Shown here piece after piece: positions 55,211 through 63,890 of a stretch of DNA of 64,000 bases. Numbering within the stretch: position 1 is the first letter of the stretch; every line of letters begins with the position of its first letter. Location: assembly GCA_026390635.1 (NCBI GenBank), contig JAPLFO010000143.1:1890-65889 (forward strand), given 5' to 3'. The translations under genes were made by a program, and so were the position numbers. The stretch is from Ignavibacteriales bacterium (lineage in GTDB: Bacteria > Bacteroidota > Ignavibacteria > UBA10030 > UBA8401). Under the pieces are notes generated by a model. The model was not told the DNA's origin. It was given only the letters and a program-made list of their open reading frames with translations, and made no database searches.

Positions 55211-55320
55211 GCCACAGAGAACACAGAGGACACAGAAAAAAGGTAGATGGTAGAAGTGTGGAGTATGAATTTCCGAGAATTCTCTGTGTTCTCATCTTTT
55301 GCTCTGTGTTCTCTGTGTCC
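55211..55320. repeat. Inverted pair of CACAGAGAAC-family repeats without cargo (between the NuoE-like and NuoF-like genes)
   Basis: gccacagagaacacagaggacacag (55211) faces ctctgtgttctcat...ctctgtgttctctgtgtcc (55280-55320). Confidence 0.75.
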
Positions 55321-55337
55321 AATTCTTTTCTTCTACC

Positions 55338-55841
55338 TTAGTTGTTCTGAACAGCTGTTTCCCGTGCACGCTTTTTGGCTTCACGCAGAATCTTCCGCAG
55401 CTTTGTCGCATCCAGCCGGCCGAAGACTTCGCCGTTGATAGTAATCACCGGAGCAAGCGAACAGCATCCCAAACATGCTACAGAAATCAGACTGAAGCTT
55501 CCGTCGTCTGTCGTTTCATCATAGGTGATGTTGAGTTCGTCCTGAACAGTGTCGTACACCATCTTGGCGCCATTGACGTGACAGGCCGTGCCGTTGCACA
55601 CTTTGATGACATTGCGGCCCAGCGGCTTTGTGCGAAACTGGGCGTAAAAAGTCACCACTCCGTAGATTTCCGCCTGCGATATTCCTGTCACATGGCTGAT
55701 GTGATTGATTGCCTGTTCGGATACATAGCCGTATGTATTCTGCGCCGATTGCAGAAGAGGAATCAATGCGCCGGCATGGCCGTCGTGCTGCCAGACGTCC
55801 ACGTTGAACGATTTGAATTCTTCATTGGAATGTTCTTGCAT
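55338..55841 (-). CDS. NuoE/HndA-like thioredoxin-fold 2Fe-2S subunit
   Basis: VCNGTACHVNG ... ACLGCCSLAPV (C-x4-C ... C-x3-C). I chose the ATG at 55841 (AAGGA upstream). Confidence 0.8.
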   Translation of the reverse strand: MQEHSNEEFKSFNVDVWQHDGHAGALIPLLQSAQNTYGYVSEQAINHISHVTGISQAEIYGVVTFYAQFRTKPLGRNVIKVCNGTACHVNGAKMVYDTVQDELNITYDETTDDGSFSLISVACLGCCSLAPVITINGEVFGRLDATKLRKILREAKKRARETAVQNN

Positions 55842-55845
55842 GAGA

Positions 55846-56337
55846 TTAAAATCCTTGAAGGTTGATAACATCGCAATGCCGGACACGCTGTACATGGGCA
55901 AGCGGACGGATCGTTCCGGCAATAAACTGTTCAATTCCGTCAAACGATGCGTCGCCGATAAGCGCTATGACGCCGTATTCGCCGGTTGTCCGGGAACAGT
56001 CAAGAACACCCTGCAGTTGTTTGACGGCATTAAACACTTCGCCGCGGTGTTCTTCTTCGACCTCCAGGAGGGCGAATGCTTCGGCAATCGAAGCGACGGG
56101 GGGATTCTTTCTGTCACTTTCCACGATCTGCATCACGCGAAGCTCAGAGATTGCATCGAGCGACTGCACGGTCGCGGGAAGACTCGACGATCCCATCCGG
56201 GCTCTGATCATGATGTTGCCGAGACCTTCCACCGCTCTCCATTCCAGCACGTCGGGGCACCGTGCAAGAAACTCGATAGAAGGCAGAAGCTGATCACCGT
56301 TCGAAATAGACGCCAGTACATAGGCTGTTGCTTCCAT
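55846..56337 (-). CDS. Stand-alone tandem Lrp/AsnC-type ligand-binding (RAM) domain protein, no HTH
   Basis: Two ~75-aa halves: MEATAYVLASI...VLEWRAVEGLGNIMIRAR... and AEAFALLEVEEE...VLDCSRTTGEYGVIALI.... I chose the ATG at 56337 with AAGGA upstream. The rest of ORF 55846-56850 overlaps the nitroreductase gene. Confidence 0.5.
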   Translation of the reverse strand: MEATAYVLASISNGDQLLPSIEFLARCPDVLEWRAVEGLGNIMIRARMGSSSLPATVQSLDAISELRVMQIVESDRKNPPVASIAEAFALLEVEEEHRGEVFNAVKQLQGVLDCSRTTGEYGVIALIGDASFDGIEQFIAGTIRPLAHVQRVRHCDVINLQGF

Positions 56338-56471
56338 ACACCATCCTTGCTTGATAGATTGCATATATCGTCCACTAAACACCAAGATATGTGCCACATT
56401 TTTGTGGACTTTAGCGCCAATAGGCACGATCCGGTTTCTCAAAACAGGGAATTCTTCCCCGGAATAGGAAG

Positions 56472-56981
56472 TTACCAGTGTTCCTGGTGAACGCAGGAGA
56501 GTGTAAACCGATCCTCGCTTTCCTTGCTTTCCGCCGGATAGCCAAGAGGAAGAAGAGAGAATGGTAGGACCGCTGCTGGAACTCCCAGAAGGCGTCGCAA
56601 AAGATCCATACGATCCTGGCGGGGATACACGCCAACCCAGACACTTGCCAGCCCAAGGCCGGTGGCAGCAAGCAGGATGTTTTGTGTTGCCGCAGCACAG
56701 TCCAGCGGCATAAATCCGGGATGACGCTCGAGTGCGGTATCGGCACAGACAACAATTGCCAGCGGAGCCTCCGCCAGCGCCCCGGCGTGGGGATGCTGCC
56801 GGCTGATCTCCCGCCGCATCTGCGCATCGCGCACAACAACGAAGTGCCATGGCTGCTCATTGCCGGCCGATGGCGCCATCATGCCGGCGGCAAGAATTTT
56901 ATTCAAAACCGTGTCATCAATTTTTTTGTCAGTGTAGCGCCGAATGCTCCGGCGCGTTCGAATAGCTTCAAAAATTTCCAT
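56472..56981 (-). CDS. Nitroreductase-family protein
   Basis: MEIFEAIRTRRSIRRYTDKKIDDTVLNKILAAGMMAPSAGNEQPWHFVVV. Confidence 0.8.
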   Translation of the reverse strand: MEIFEAIRTRRSIRRYTDKKIDDTVLNKILAAGMMAPSAGNEQPWHFVVVRDAQMRREISRQHPHAGALAEAPLAIVVCADTALERHPGFMPLDCAAATQNILLAATGLGLASVWVGVYPRQDRMDLLRRLLGVPAAVLPFSLLPLGYPAESKESEDRFTLSCVHQEHW

Positions 56982-57070
56982 GTAATTCCGTGAGCAACAG
57001 TTAATATTTTGTTACAGTCCTTGCGTGAAAAGCCATGGCTATGGAAAAAAAGGAGCAAATATGCAGCATT

Positions 57071-57487
57071 CTATCGCTTTTCCTCGGAATGCTCGAGGTC
57101 GCTCAGATGCAAGTCCAGCGCATGCACAGAAATCCGTATCTCCCTGATCGACAGACCGAGAGAGATGAGCATACAGAGAAGACTCACCGCGAACAGGATT
57201 TCACTGACCACGATCTGGTGCAGAAGTATCAACAGCATACAGAGGACGCAAATGAAGAGGCTGCCGATACCCCATGCCTGCATATCCCTGATCATGTGGA
57301 TGCGCTCTTTCAGGTTGTTAATCTGTCCTTTGAGCACTTCATTCGGATTCGTTTTGTTCTTGCTGTGCAATTCGCGAATCAATGCGGCAAGTGCAAGAAA
57401 GCGGTTTGTGTATGCCAGTAACAGGAGCGAAATTGCCGGAAACAGCAGTGCCGGCGTGGCGATATTGATATCAAGTAATTGTTGCAT
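57071..57487 (-). CDS. DUF2721-like membrane protein
   Basis: ATPALLFPAISLLLLAYTNRFLALAALIRELH, followed by two further TM helices. Confidence 0.6.
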   Translation of the reverse strand: MQQLLDINIATPALLFPAISLLLLAYTNRFLALAALIRELHSKNKTNPNEVLKGQINNLKERIHMIRDMQAWGIGSLFICVLCMLLILLHQIVVSEILFAVSLLCMLISLGLSIREIRISVHALDLHLSDLEHSEEKR

Positions 57488-57516
57488 TGGGATTCTCTAT
57501 CCTAGATGATTTCTTT

Positions 57517-57655
57517 GCCAGAGAGAACACAGAGAAGAATACATTCTCATTCCCTCGTTGGAGCGCGGAATGAGAAAATAGCAGACTAACTCTGTGCTCT
57601 CATTTTTGTCTCTGCCCGCTTCGCCGAGCTCAGCGAGGCGAGTGTTCTCTGTGGC
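57517..57655. repeat. Composite repeat: CAGAGAGAACACAGAG unit, 10-bp hairpin, and a 66-nt unit (57590-57655)
   Basis: The 66-nt unit ctctgtgctctcatttttgtctctgcccgcttcgccgagctcagcgaggcgagtgttctctgtggc recurs at 58647-58712 with 3 mismatches. Confidence 0.8.
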
Positions 57656-57681
57656 TATCTTTTCCTGCTGGCATTCCAACT

Positions 57682-58584
57682 CTAAAAAGGAAACTTTTGT
57701 GAAAACCAATGATGCGTTACATCCATCCAGAGAAAGAGCCCGCGCCATTTTCCGAACGATACATAATGTTTTTCGATTTTTGCATCGCTGACGGTCTTGC
57801 CCCGGGAATGGAGTTCGTAGAACTTTGCGCGGCACCAGGAGTCCAATCCGAGATACTCGTACCGTCCGAGCAGTTTCATCAACGCTCCCGCCGCGTACTC
57901 ACCGACACCTTTCACCGATCTCATCTCTTTGAACAGTTCTTCTGTCGTCCCTTCCCAATCACGCCATTGCTCAACGGCCCGCCGACCGGATGCAACGCTT
58001 TCTGCAAATTCGAGCAAAAACGGAGCACGATAGCCGCAGCGGATTTCTTTCCGCATAAACGATTCGCTCTGTGCGGCGATTGCCGATGGCTCCGGAAAGG
58101 CATGCTTTCCCTCTGCAACCTCCGGTCCCAGCATTACTGCAAGGTTGTCCGTCATTATTTTCGTCAGCGCCCAGCTGCAATTTGTTGTGCTGACCATTTT
58201 CACAACGTCTTCGAAAACGCTTTGCGACCGCAGCAATCGTCCGCCGCCGGATGCTGCCACCCAGCGGAAGGCCGGTTCTTTGCGTGCCCGTTCATAGAAT
58301 TTGTCCATCGACTCCGTCAGCCGAAACATTGATAAAATGATCTGTTTCATTTCGGCGCACTGCCCGGACGCCATCGTTTCCGGCGTTTGGAGCGTCACCC
58401 GGATGCCGTTCTTCGCCTCCCTCATTCGCACGGCGCAGAAACTGGCATCAGAGAGACGCAGCACTGTGTCGATATGTTCTGCGGTTTTGTCTATCTGGAA
58501 TGGACGCAGGTCACACCAGCCATGGCTGTACACTGTCGGCCAGAATTTAAATGATGATGGTGTTGAGATCGAAAATGATTTCAT
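57682..58584 (-). CDS. HhH-GPD superfamily DNA glycosylase (AlkA-like)
   Basis: VKGVGEYAAGALMKLLGRYEYLGLDSW (helix-hairpin-helix plus Asp). An alternative ATG lies at 58614. Confidence 0.5.
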   Translation of the reverse strand: MKSFSISTPSSFKFWPTVYSHGWCDLRPFQIDKTAEHIDTVLRLSDASFCAVRMREAKNGIRVTLQTPETMASGQCAEMKQIILSMFRLTESMDKFYERARKEPAFRWVAASGGGRLLRSQSVFEDVVKMVSTTNCSWALTKIMTDNLAVMLGPEVAEGKHAFPEPSAIAAQSESFMRKEIRCGYRAPFLLEFAESVASGRRAVEQWRDWEGTTEELFKEMRSVKGVGEYAAGALMKLLGRYEYLGLDSWCRAKFYELHSRGKTVSDAKIEKHYVSFGKWRGLFLWMDVTHHWFSQKFPF

Positions 58585-58646
58585 TTTAGTCTTTTTATGG
58601 CTTTCGCTTCTCATAAAGAGCGCGAATGGAAGGGGGAAAATATTCC

Positions 58647-58712
58647 CTCTGTGTTCTCATCTTTCTCTCTGCCCGCTTCGCCGAGCTCAGCGAGGCGAGT
58701 GTTCTCTGTGGC
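58647..58712. repeat. Second copy of the 66-nt unit (direct orientation)
   Basis: ctctgtgttctcatctttctctctgcccgcttcgccgagctcagcgaggcgagtgttctctgtggc. Confidence 0.8.
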
Positions 58713-58772
58713 TAAGTTTTTCTTTTGATTTTGTTCCCAATTTTAGCATTTTTATCCAAAGGAGCAAGCATT

Positions 58773-59219
58773 ATGAATCCACGATGGATCGCTTTCTTTA
58801 GAATTGCTGTTGGGATTTTCTTTCTCGCGCAGGGATTGAATAAACTGGAGTGGCTCAATTCATCAGAGTTTCTGAAGACTAATCTGGAGCGTTACGCTGT
58901 TAATGCGCCTCCGGTGACACAGTGGTATCAGCTGCATGTCGCACAGCCGGGAATTGAGGCCTGGACGCGGCTGATTCCGACCGGCGAGATTCTCATCGGC
59001 GTCTCGCTCATTCTTGGGCTGCTCACGAAGGCCTCTCTTTGGTCGGCGCTTGCCCTTGTGGTCAATTATCACATCACTACCGGCAAAGTTTTTTCGCTGC
59101 AGTTTTTTTCAGACCCGTACGCGCTGCTCCTTGCCGGGAGCCTGATCCTTCTCCTCTCCTCAAATCCTTCCTCTGCGTTGGCGCTCGACGCCGCAAAGCG
59201 CCCGGGGAAAAAGAAATAG
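58773..59219 (+). CDS. DoxX-family membrane protein
   Basis: AAGGAG RBS. WIAFFRIAVGIFFLAQGLNKL, followed by three more helices. Confidence 0.55.
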   Translation: MNPRWIAFFRIAVGIFFLAQGLNKLEWLNSSEFLKTNLERYAVNAPPVTQWYQLHVAQPGIEAWTRLIPTGEILIGVSLILGLLTKASLWSALALVVNYHITTGKVFSLQFFSDPYALLLAGSLILLLSSNPSSALALDAAKRPGKKK

Positions 59220-59249
59220 CGGCTGCACTAATTTCTTTGACGGCAATTC

Positions 59250-60569
59250 CTACGTCGTCGGTTCCCAGCCTTTTTCGTACTCACGGCCCCAATACCGGTT
59301 CGCTTCATCGTCGCCAACGATGTGCCCGTTGCGTTGATCGATGGAAAGGTTTCTTCCGACTTTCCAGGCAATATTCGAAAGCTGCAGCATCGTCACAGCT
59401 ACATTTCCTTCGTTCACCGGCGAGCGGAGTGTGTCGCCTTTTCGAATTGCATCGGTGAAATTCTTGAAGTGTTCATCCGTCATGGAATCGATGCTCAGAA
59501 GATCCGCCGTGGTATTCTTCTTCGGCACAACATATTCTTCCAGCTTTTTGTCGTTCAGATCGAACACCTGATACCCCTCGCGGTCGATAAGAACGCTTCC
59601 TGTTGTGCCGACGATAAGCGAGCCGCGTCCTTTCTGAAAATATTTTTTTCCGTTGCAGCTCATCCCTTCCCAGGTGATCTGTTTATCACCATAGTCGAAG
59701 TTGGCGATCAATGTATCGTAGAACTCCCAATCATCCTTGAACTGATAACGCCCGCCCGTTGCTGAAATATGCTGCGGATACTCCACGCCCAATGCCCACC
59801 GGCAGATATCGACTTCATGCGTACCGTTGTTCAGCGTTTCGCCGGTTCCCCAATGCCAGAACCAATGCCAGTTATATGGATGAATATTATCCTTATACTG
59901 CCTGCGCGGCGCAGGTCCCTGCCATAATTCCCAGTCCAGGTAGTCCGGCACCGGAACTTCTTTGCCGACACCGATGGACGTCCGGGTGTTGCTGTACCAG
60001 CATTTGCCGAAATACGGACGTCCGATCAGACCGTTCTTGATTTTGTAGATGATTTCAATTGTGTGTGCGGAAGAACGCTGCTGGTTTCCCATTTGCACAA
60101 CGTTGCCGTACTTCTTCTGTGCTTCTACCAGTATTTCCCCTTCACGCGGATTATGGCTGCACGGTTTTTCCACAAACACGTGCTTGCCGGCTTTCAATCC
60201 CATGATCGCCATCGGCGCATGCCAGTGTTCGGGCGTAGCAATAGTGATGGCGTCAACGTCCATGCGATCCAGAATTTGCCTGAAGTCTTTAACCTCCGCC
60301 GGCCGCTCGCCGAATTTTTCCTTTACCGCAGCGGCAAACTTTGTCAGTTCGCGTCTGTCCACATCGCAGACATGGGTGATCGCCACATTGTTGCATGCGC
60401 GAAGACTTTCAAGATGCGCATACGCTCTCCCGTGCAATCCGATAACCGCGACGCGGAGACGGTCGTTCGCTCCAAGAATATTGGAATAGCTCTTTGCTGT
60501 AAGACCGAATGCCGCTCCGGCAGCTCCCAGTGCGGCGGTTTTCATAAATGTGCGTCTCGAGAGTTCCAT
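59250..60569 (-). CDS. Gfo/Idh/MocA-family oxidoreductase with Tat signal
   Basis: SRRTFMKTAALGAAGAAFG, then the Rossmann motif LRVAVIGLHGRAYAH and EKP. Confidence 0.8.
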   Translation of the reverse strand: MELSRRTFMKTAALGAAGAAFGLTAKSYSNILGANDRLRVAVIGLHGRAYAHLESLRACNNVAITHVCDVDRRELTKFAAAVKEKFGERPAEVKDFRQILDRMDVDAITIATPEHWHAPMAIMGLKAGKHVFVEKPCSHNPREGEILVEAQKKYGNVVQMGNQQRSSAHTIEIIYKIKNGLIGRPYFGKCWYSNTRTSIGVGKEVPVPDYLDWELWQGPAPRRQYKDNIHPYNWHWFWHWGTGETLNNGTHEVDICRWALGVEYPQHISATGGRYQFKDDWEFYDTLIANFDYGDKQITWEGMSCNGKKYFQKGRGSLIVGTTGSVLIDREGYQVFDLNDKKLEEYVVPKKNTTADLLSIDSMTDEHFKNFTDAIRKGDTLRSPVNEGNVAVTMLQLSNIAWKVGRNLSIDQRNGHIVGDDEANRYWGREYEKGWEPTT

Positions 60570-60594
60570 GCATTCGCCTTTCAGAGAAAAGTGA

Positions 60595-61482
60595 TTATCG
60601 CATTGTATGCGGTTCCATCAATTCAACACGCGTACTGTCCGGATCATAACTATTGAGAATCCATTTATTATTGCGGCCGATCACCGGAAGCGGTGCGGTT
60701 TGATGCGGTGAGCGATCGCGGATTGTTTCCAGCGTTTTTTGAATATCGTCCGTGCGAAGACAGAAATGGTGCGCTGAATGCAGCGCCTTCGGCGTCACGT
60801 CCTGATACTGCATCATGTATTCAATGTAGTCAGTGCTTTCCGGAAGGCGCATGTTGTACCAATTGGGCGCATTCTCTGTTCCGCCACCGTGCCAGATCTC
60901 CGAGAACCCGAGCACGTCTTTGTAAAATGCATCTGCCGCCCCGGCGTTCTTCACGGTGAACCCGACATGCGTCATGCGGTCGGACACGCGGCGGTCGCTC
61001 AGGGGTTTGCCTCTCCATGCGGAGTGTTTGCCATCAGGCAAAAACTGAACAAACTCGACATTGTGGCTATCGGGATCTTTGACCATGAAATGAAGATTCT
61101 TGTCGCGGCCGGTGGTGAGTTTGTCCGGAACCGGTACCATTTTAGATGCGAGATATTGACGCATCTGCCCGATGTCGTTCGTCTCAAAACAAATATGATT
61201 TAGGCGATCCACCTCACCCGGTTTCAGCGTCGGCGTGAGTTCGACATACTGCCGGTCATTGATCTTGAAATTCACAACCGCAATACTGCCGTCGGGATTG
61301 GAGAATGAAAACGCCTCCTGTAGTCCAAGAATGCCGGTGTAGTATGACCGGGCCCGGGCGAGATCGCTTACCTTCAGCGAAATATGCGCAACGCCCAGAA
61401 TCTGCGGACGTTCCACGGCCTGCGCAAAGAGCAGAGACACCCCTGCCATCATCATCCAGCCAATAGTAGCAATTTTTCTCAT
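60595..61482 (-). CDS. Two-domain VOC-family protein with signal peptide
   Basis: VAHISLKVSDLARARSYYTGILGL and THVGFTVKNAGAADAFYKDVLGF. Confidence 0.65.
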   Translation of the reverse strand: MRKIATIGWMMMAGVSLLFAQAVERPQILGVAHISLKVSDLARARSYYTGILGLQEAFSFSNPDGSIAVVNFKINDRQYVELTPTLKPGEVDRLNHICFETNDIGQMRQYLASKMVPVPDKLTTGRDKNLHFMVKDPDSHNVEFVQFLPDGKHSAWRGKPLSDRRVSDRMTHVGFTVKNAGAADAFYKDVLGFSEIWHGGGTENAPNWYNMRLPESTDYIEYMMQYQDVTPKALHSAHHFCLRTDDIQKTLETIRDRSPHQTAPLPVIGRNNKWILNSYDPDSTRVELMEPHTMR

Positions 61483-61490
61483 ACCGTCTC

Positions 61491-62342
61491 CTACAATGTC
61501 GCTAACACGCCGTTCACATACCCGACAGACTCCGCAACACCTGCGAGTGGATCTTCTTTGTCTTTTTCAAATTCGAAGGAAACGATGCCCTTGTATTTGA
61601 GGCGAAGCAGCGTCTTCAGGAATTTCGGAATGTCGATCACCCCGCGTCCGATCTCAATAGTCGTACCCTCGGCCGTCGCTGCGCTTTCATCTTTGATGTG
61701 AACGTCCATCAAACGGCTTGCATATTTTTCAGCAGCTTCAGACGGATCAATTCCCATGCGGCAAGTGTGGCCGATATCCAGACACAGGCCGACTCGGGGA
61801 TCCATATTTTTGATTTTCTCAAAGACACTCTCCGGCGACGGATAGCGCTTATCAGTTGGTCCGTGATTATGAATCGCCAGATTGATATTGTATTCCTTGG
61901 CCTTTTTCTCCGCCAGGGGAAGCAGAGCATGTTCGGGAACACCGACAATGATCTCCAGACCGGCGTTCTTCGCATATTCAAATGCACCGTTGACTTCTGC
62001 CTCATTCGTCATGTAGATGACGCCTGCCGCATAGAGATGTAAGCCCGCCGCCTGAATTTCATCCACGGCCTTTTTGATTTCTTCCTTTGACAGCGTCAGC
62101 GGAAGATGCACATCCTTCAGCGACAATTGCTTGATGCCCAGCCGTTTGGTCATTGCAATTGTCTGCTGCAGCGTGAAGTTGCGAAACGTGTACGATGCCA
62201 TACCGAACGCAAGTTTTCGGTCTGCCCCTGCCGGTTGCGGAGCGGTTCGTGCATTCACCGGGGACACTCCGGAAATCAATCCTGCGGCTATTCCTGCGCC
62301 GGAGAGTTGAAGAAATTTTCTGCGTGTTTGATTTGTTTTCAT
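61491..62342 (-). CDS. Sugar phosphate isomerase/epimerase (xylose-isomerase-like TIM barrel) with Tat signal
   Basis: TRRKFLQLSGAGIAAGL, then LAIHNHG and DIGH motifs. Confidence 0.75.
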   Translation of the reverse strand: MKTNQTRRKFLQLSGAGIAAGLISGVSPVNARTAPQPAGADRKLAFGMASYTFRNFTLQQTIAMTKRLGIKQLSLKDVHLPLTLSKEEIKKAVDEIQAAGLHLYAAGVIYMTNEAEVNGAFEYAKNAGLEIIVGVPEHALLPLAEKKAKEYNINLAIHNHGPTDKRYPSPESVFEKIKNMDPRVGLCLDIGHTCRMGIDPSEAAEKYASRLMDVHIKDESAATAEGTTIEIGRGVIDIPKFLKTLLRLKYKGIVSFEFEKDKEDPLAGVAESVGYVNGVLATL

Positions 62343-62357
62343 GCTGGCGCCCTTCTT

Positions 62358-63131
62358 TTATGGAAGCTGTCTCAGTTTTATGTTTTTAAAATACACCACG
62401 CTGCCATGTTCCTGCAGCAGAATATGCCCTTCCGGAAGTTCGCCGAATCGCGGCCAGTCTTTGTATTTACTATATGCCACCAGCGCCCGCCACAATTGAC
62501 TGCTGCGTTCGTATGCGAGCACTTTCTGACCGTTCAGCCAATGCTCCACATGAATTCCTTTCACAAGGATCCGTGCGGTATTCCACTCGCCGATGCCGTT
62601 GAATTTCACATTCTCAGCCGGAATCAAATCGTAGAGTGCTGCCAATGTACGGTTTCCTTTTACTCCCAGCTTAGCATCCGGATGGTGAATGTCGTCCAAT
62701 ATCTGAAATTCGCAGCCGATCGCAGAGCCGGATCCTTTGTTCAAATCGGGATCAACAAAGTACTTGATCCCGCTGTTTGCATTCTCTGTGATTTTGAAAT
62801 CGACAAGCAGCTCAAAGTTCTTGTATTTTTTAGTGGTGATAATATCGCCGCCTGCGGCCGATTCGCCGCCGCCCAGTGCCTGCACACAGAGCATGCCGTC
62901 CTTTATGTCCCATCCCTTTTCCGGAAAATTGTCGCTTCGCGGGCTGCGCCATCCGTCGGAGGTTTTTCCGTCGAAGAGCAGAATCCACCCGGCCTTCTTT
63001 TCGGCGGCGGTGAGCATATTATCCGTCCCGGCAGCAGCCGGTTTGACCTGGCCATACGACAGAGGAGTGAGCCCGGCGACTATTAGAAAAAGAAATATCA
63101 CCGCGCTTTTAGAAGCTCTTTCCTTGCTCAT
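62358..63131 (-). CDS. DUF1080 / 3-keto-disaccharide-hydrolase-like protein
   Basis: [16 protein letters not shown] ... NSGIKYF ... EFQILDD ... [20 protein letters not shown] chose the ATG at 63131 (AAAGGAA upstream). Confidence 0.7.
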   Translation of the reverse strand: MSKERASKSAVIFLFLIVAGLTPLSYGQVKPAAAGTDNMLTAAEKKAGWILLFDGKTSDGWRSPRSDNFPEKGWDIKDGMLCVQALGGGESAAGGDIITTKKYKNFELLVDFKITENANSGIKYFVDPDLNKGSGSAIGCEFQILDDIHHPDAKLGVKGNRTLAALYDLIPAENVKFNGIGEWNTARILVKGIHVEHWLNGQKVLAYERSSQLWRALVAYSKYKDWPRFGELPEGHILLQEHGSVVYFKNIKLRQLP

Positions 63132-63155
63132 AGTAATTCCTTTCGGCGTCAATAA

Positions 63156-63890
63156 TCAGCGGATTGATTTCCACGCTTTTTCAAGAATCGGTTTGATGAT
63201 TGCTGTGAACTCTTTATAGGCCTCAGGTTTGAAATGAAGTTTGTCCGTTTTATACAGTTCATACCGCGGTTCGTTCTTTTCATTGAAGAGCACGGGATTC
63301 ACATCGATGAAATCAACTGTTCTCGCTTTCGTACAGTAGGCCTTCACTATATCATTCGTTGAATCGACAGCGCTCCAGCGGACCATTTTTTGCGGTGCGC
63401 GGTTGATGGAGACGTAGAAGACTCTTGTCTCCGGTTGTTTCTGATGGACGCGCTCGCAGAATTGGAAGAATCTGCCGGCAATATCCGCCGGCTGGTCGCC
63501 GTTGTTGATGTCGTTGCTGCCGCAATAATAGACAATAATTTGGGGCTGATACGGGAGAACAATCCTGTCCATATAATAGAGAACTTCCGCAGTGCGCGAC
63601 CCGCCAAAGGCCCTGTTGTAGACCGGCAGGGGCGCCATGTCTTCGGTGACGGTCGTCCATTGCCGGAAGATGCTGCTGCCGATAAACTCGATTGCGCCTT
63701 TGGGCGGCGGCTTGATGCTGTCTTGATGCAGAAAGGTATCGATAACCGCTTGATATCGTGTAACGGAAAATATTTTTGAGGGCGTTTGTGCCGGCAGGAG
63801 CAGAGGAAGAAGAAGCGCAGCAAAACATGCATACACGCGCAGAGATGTTGGTTTCACTGAATGAACCTTTCGTTTATTGGAGTGGTTCAT
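63156..63890 (-). CDS. SGNH/GDSL-type hydrolase with signal peptide
   Basis: IEFIGSSIFRQW (block I Ser), FGGS, YCGSNDI. I chose the ATG at 63890 (GGAGAA upstream). Confidence 0.65.
   Translation of the reverse strand: MNHSNKRKVHSVKPTSLRVYACFAALLLPLLLPAQTPSKIFSVTRYQAVIDTFLHQDSIKPPPKGAIEFIGSSIFRQWTTVTEDMAPLPVYNRAFGGSRTAEVLYYMDRIVLPYQPQIIVYYCGSNDINNGDQPADIAGRFFQFCERVHQKQPETRVFYVSINRAPQKMVRWSAVDSTNDIVKAYCTKARTVDFIDVNPVLFNEKNEPRYELYKTDKLHFKPEAYKEFTAIIKPILEKAWKSIR

Noticed and set aside
56338-56850. N-terminal 171 codons of ORF 55846-56850
   Set aside because: They overlap the nitroreductase gene in another frame and translate to an Ala/Gly/Cys/Arg-rich string. An internal ATG at 56337 with AAGGA gives a sensible two-domain protein.
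55211-58712. CRISPR array formed by the recurring CACAGAGAAC-type motifs
   Set aside because: There is no regular repeat-spacer periodicity, the units occur in both orientations, they are separated by whole genes, and no cas genes are present.
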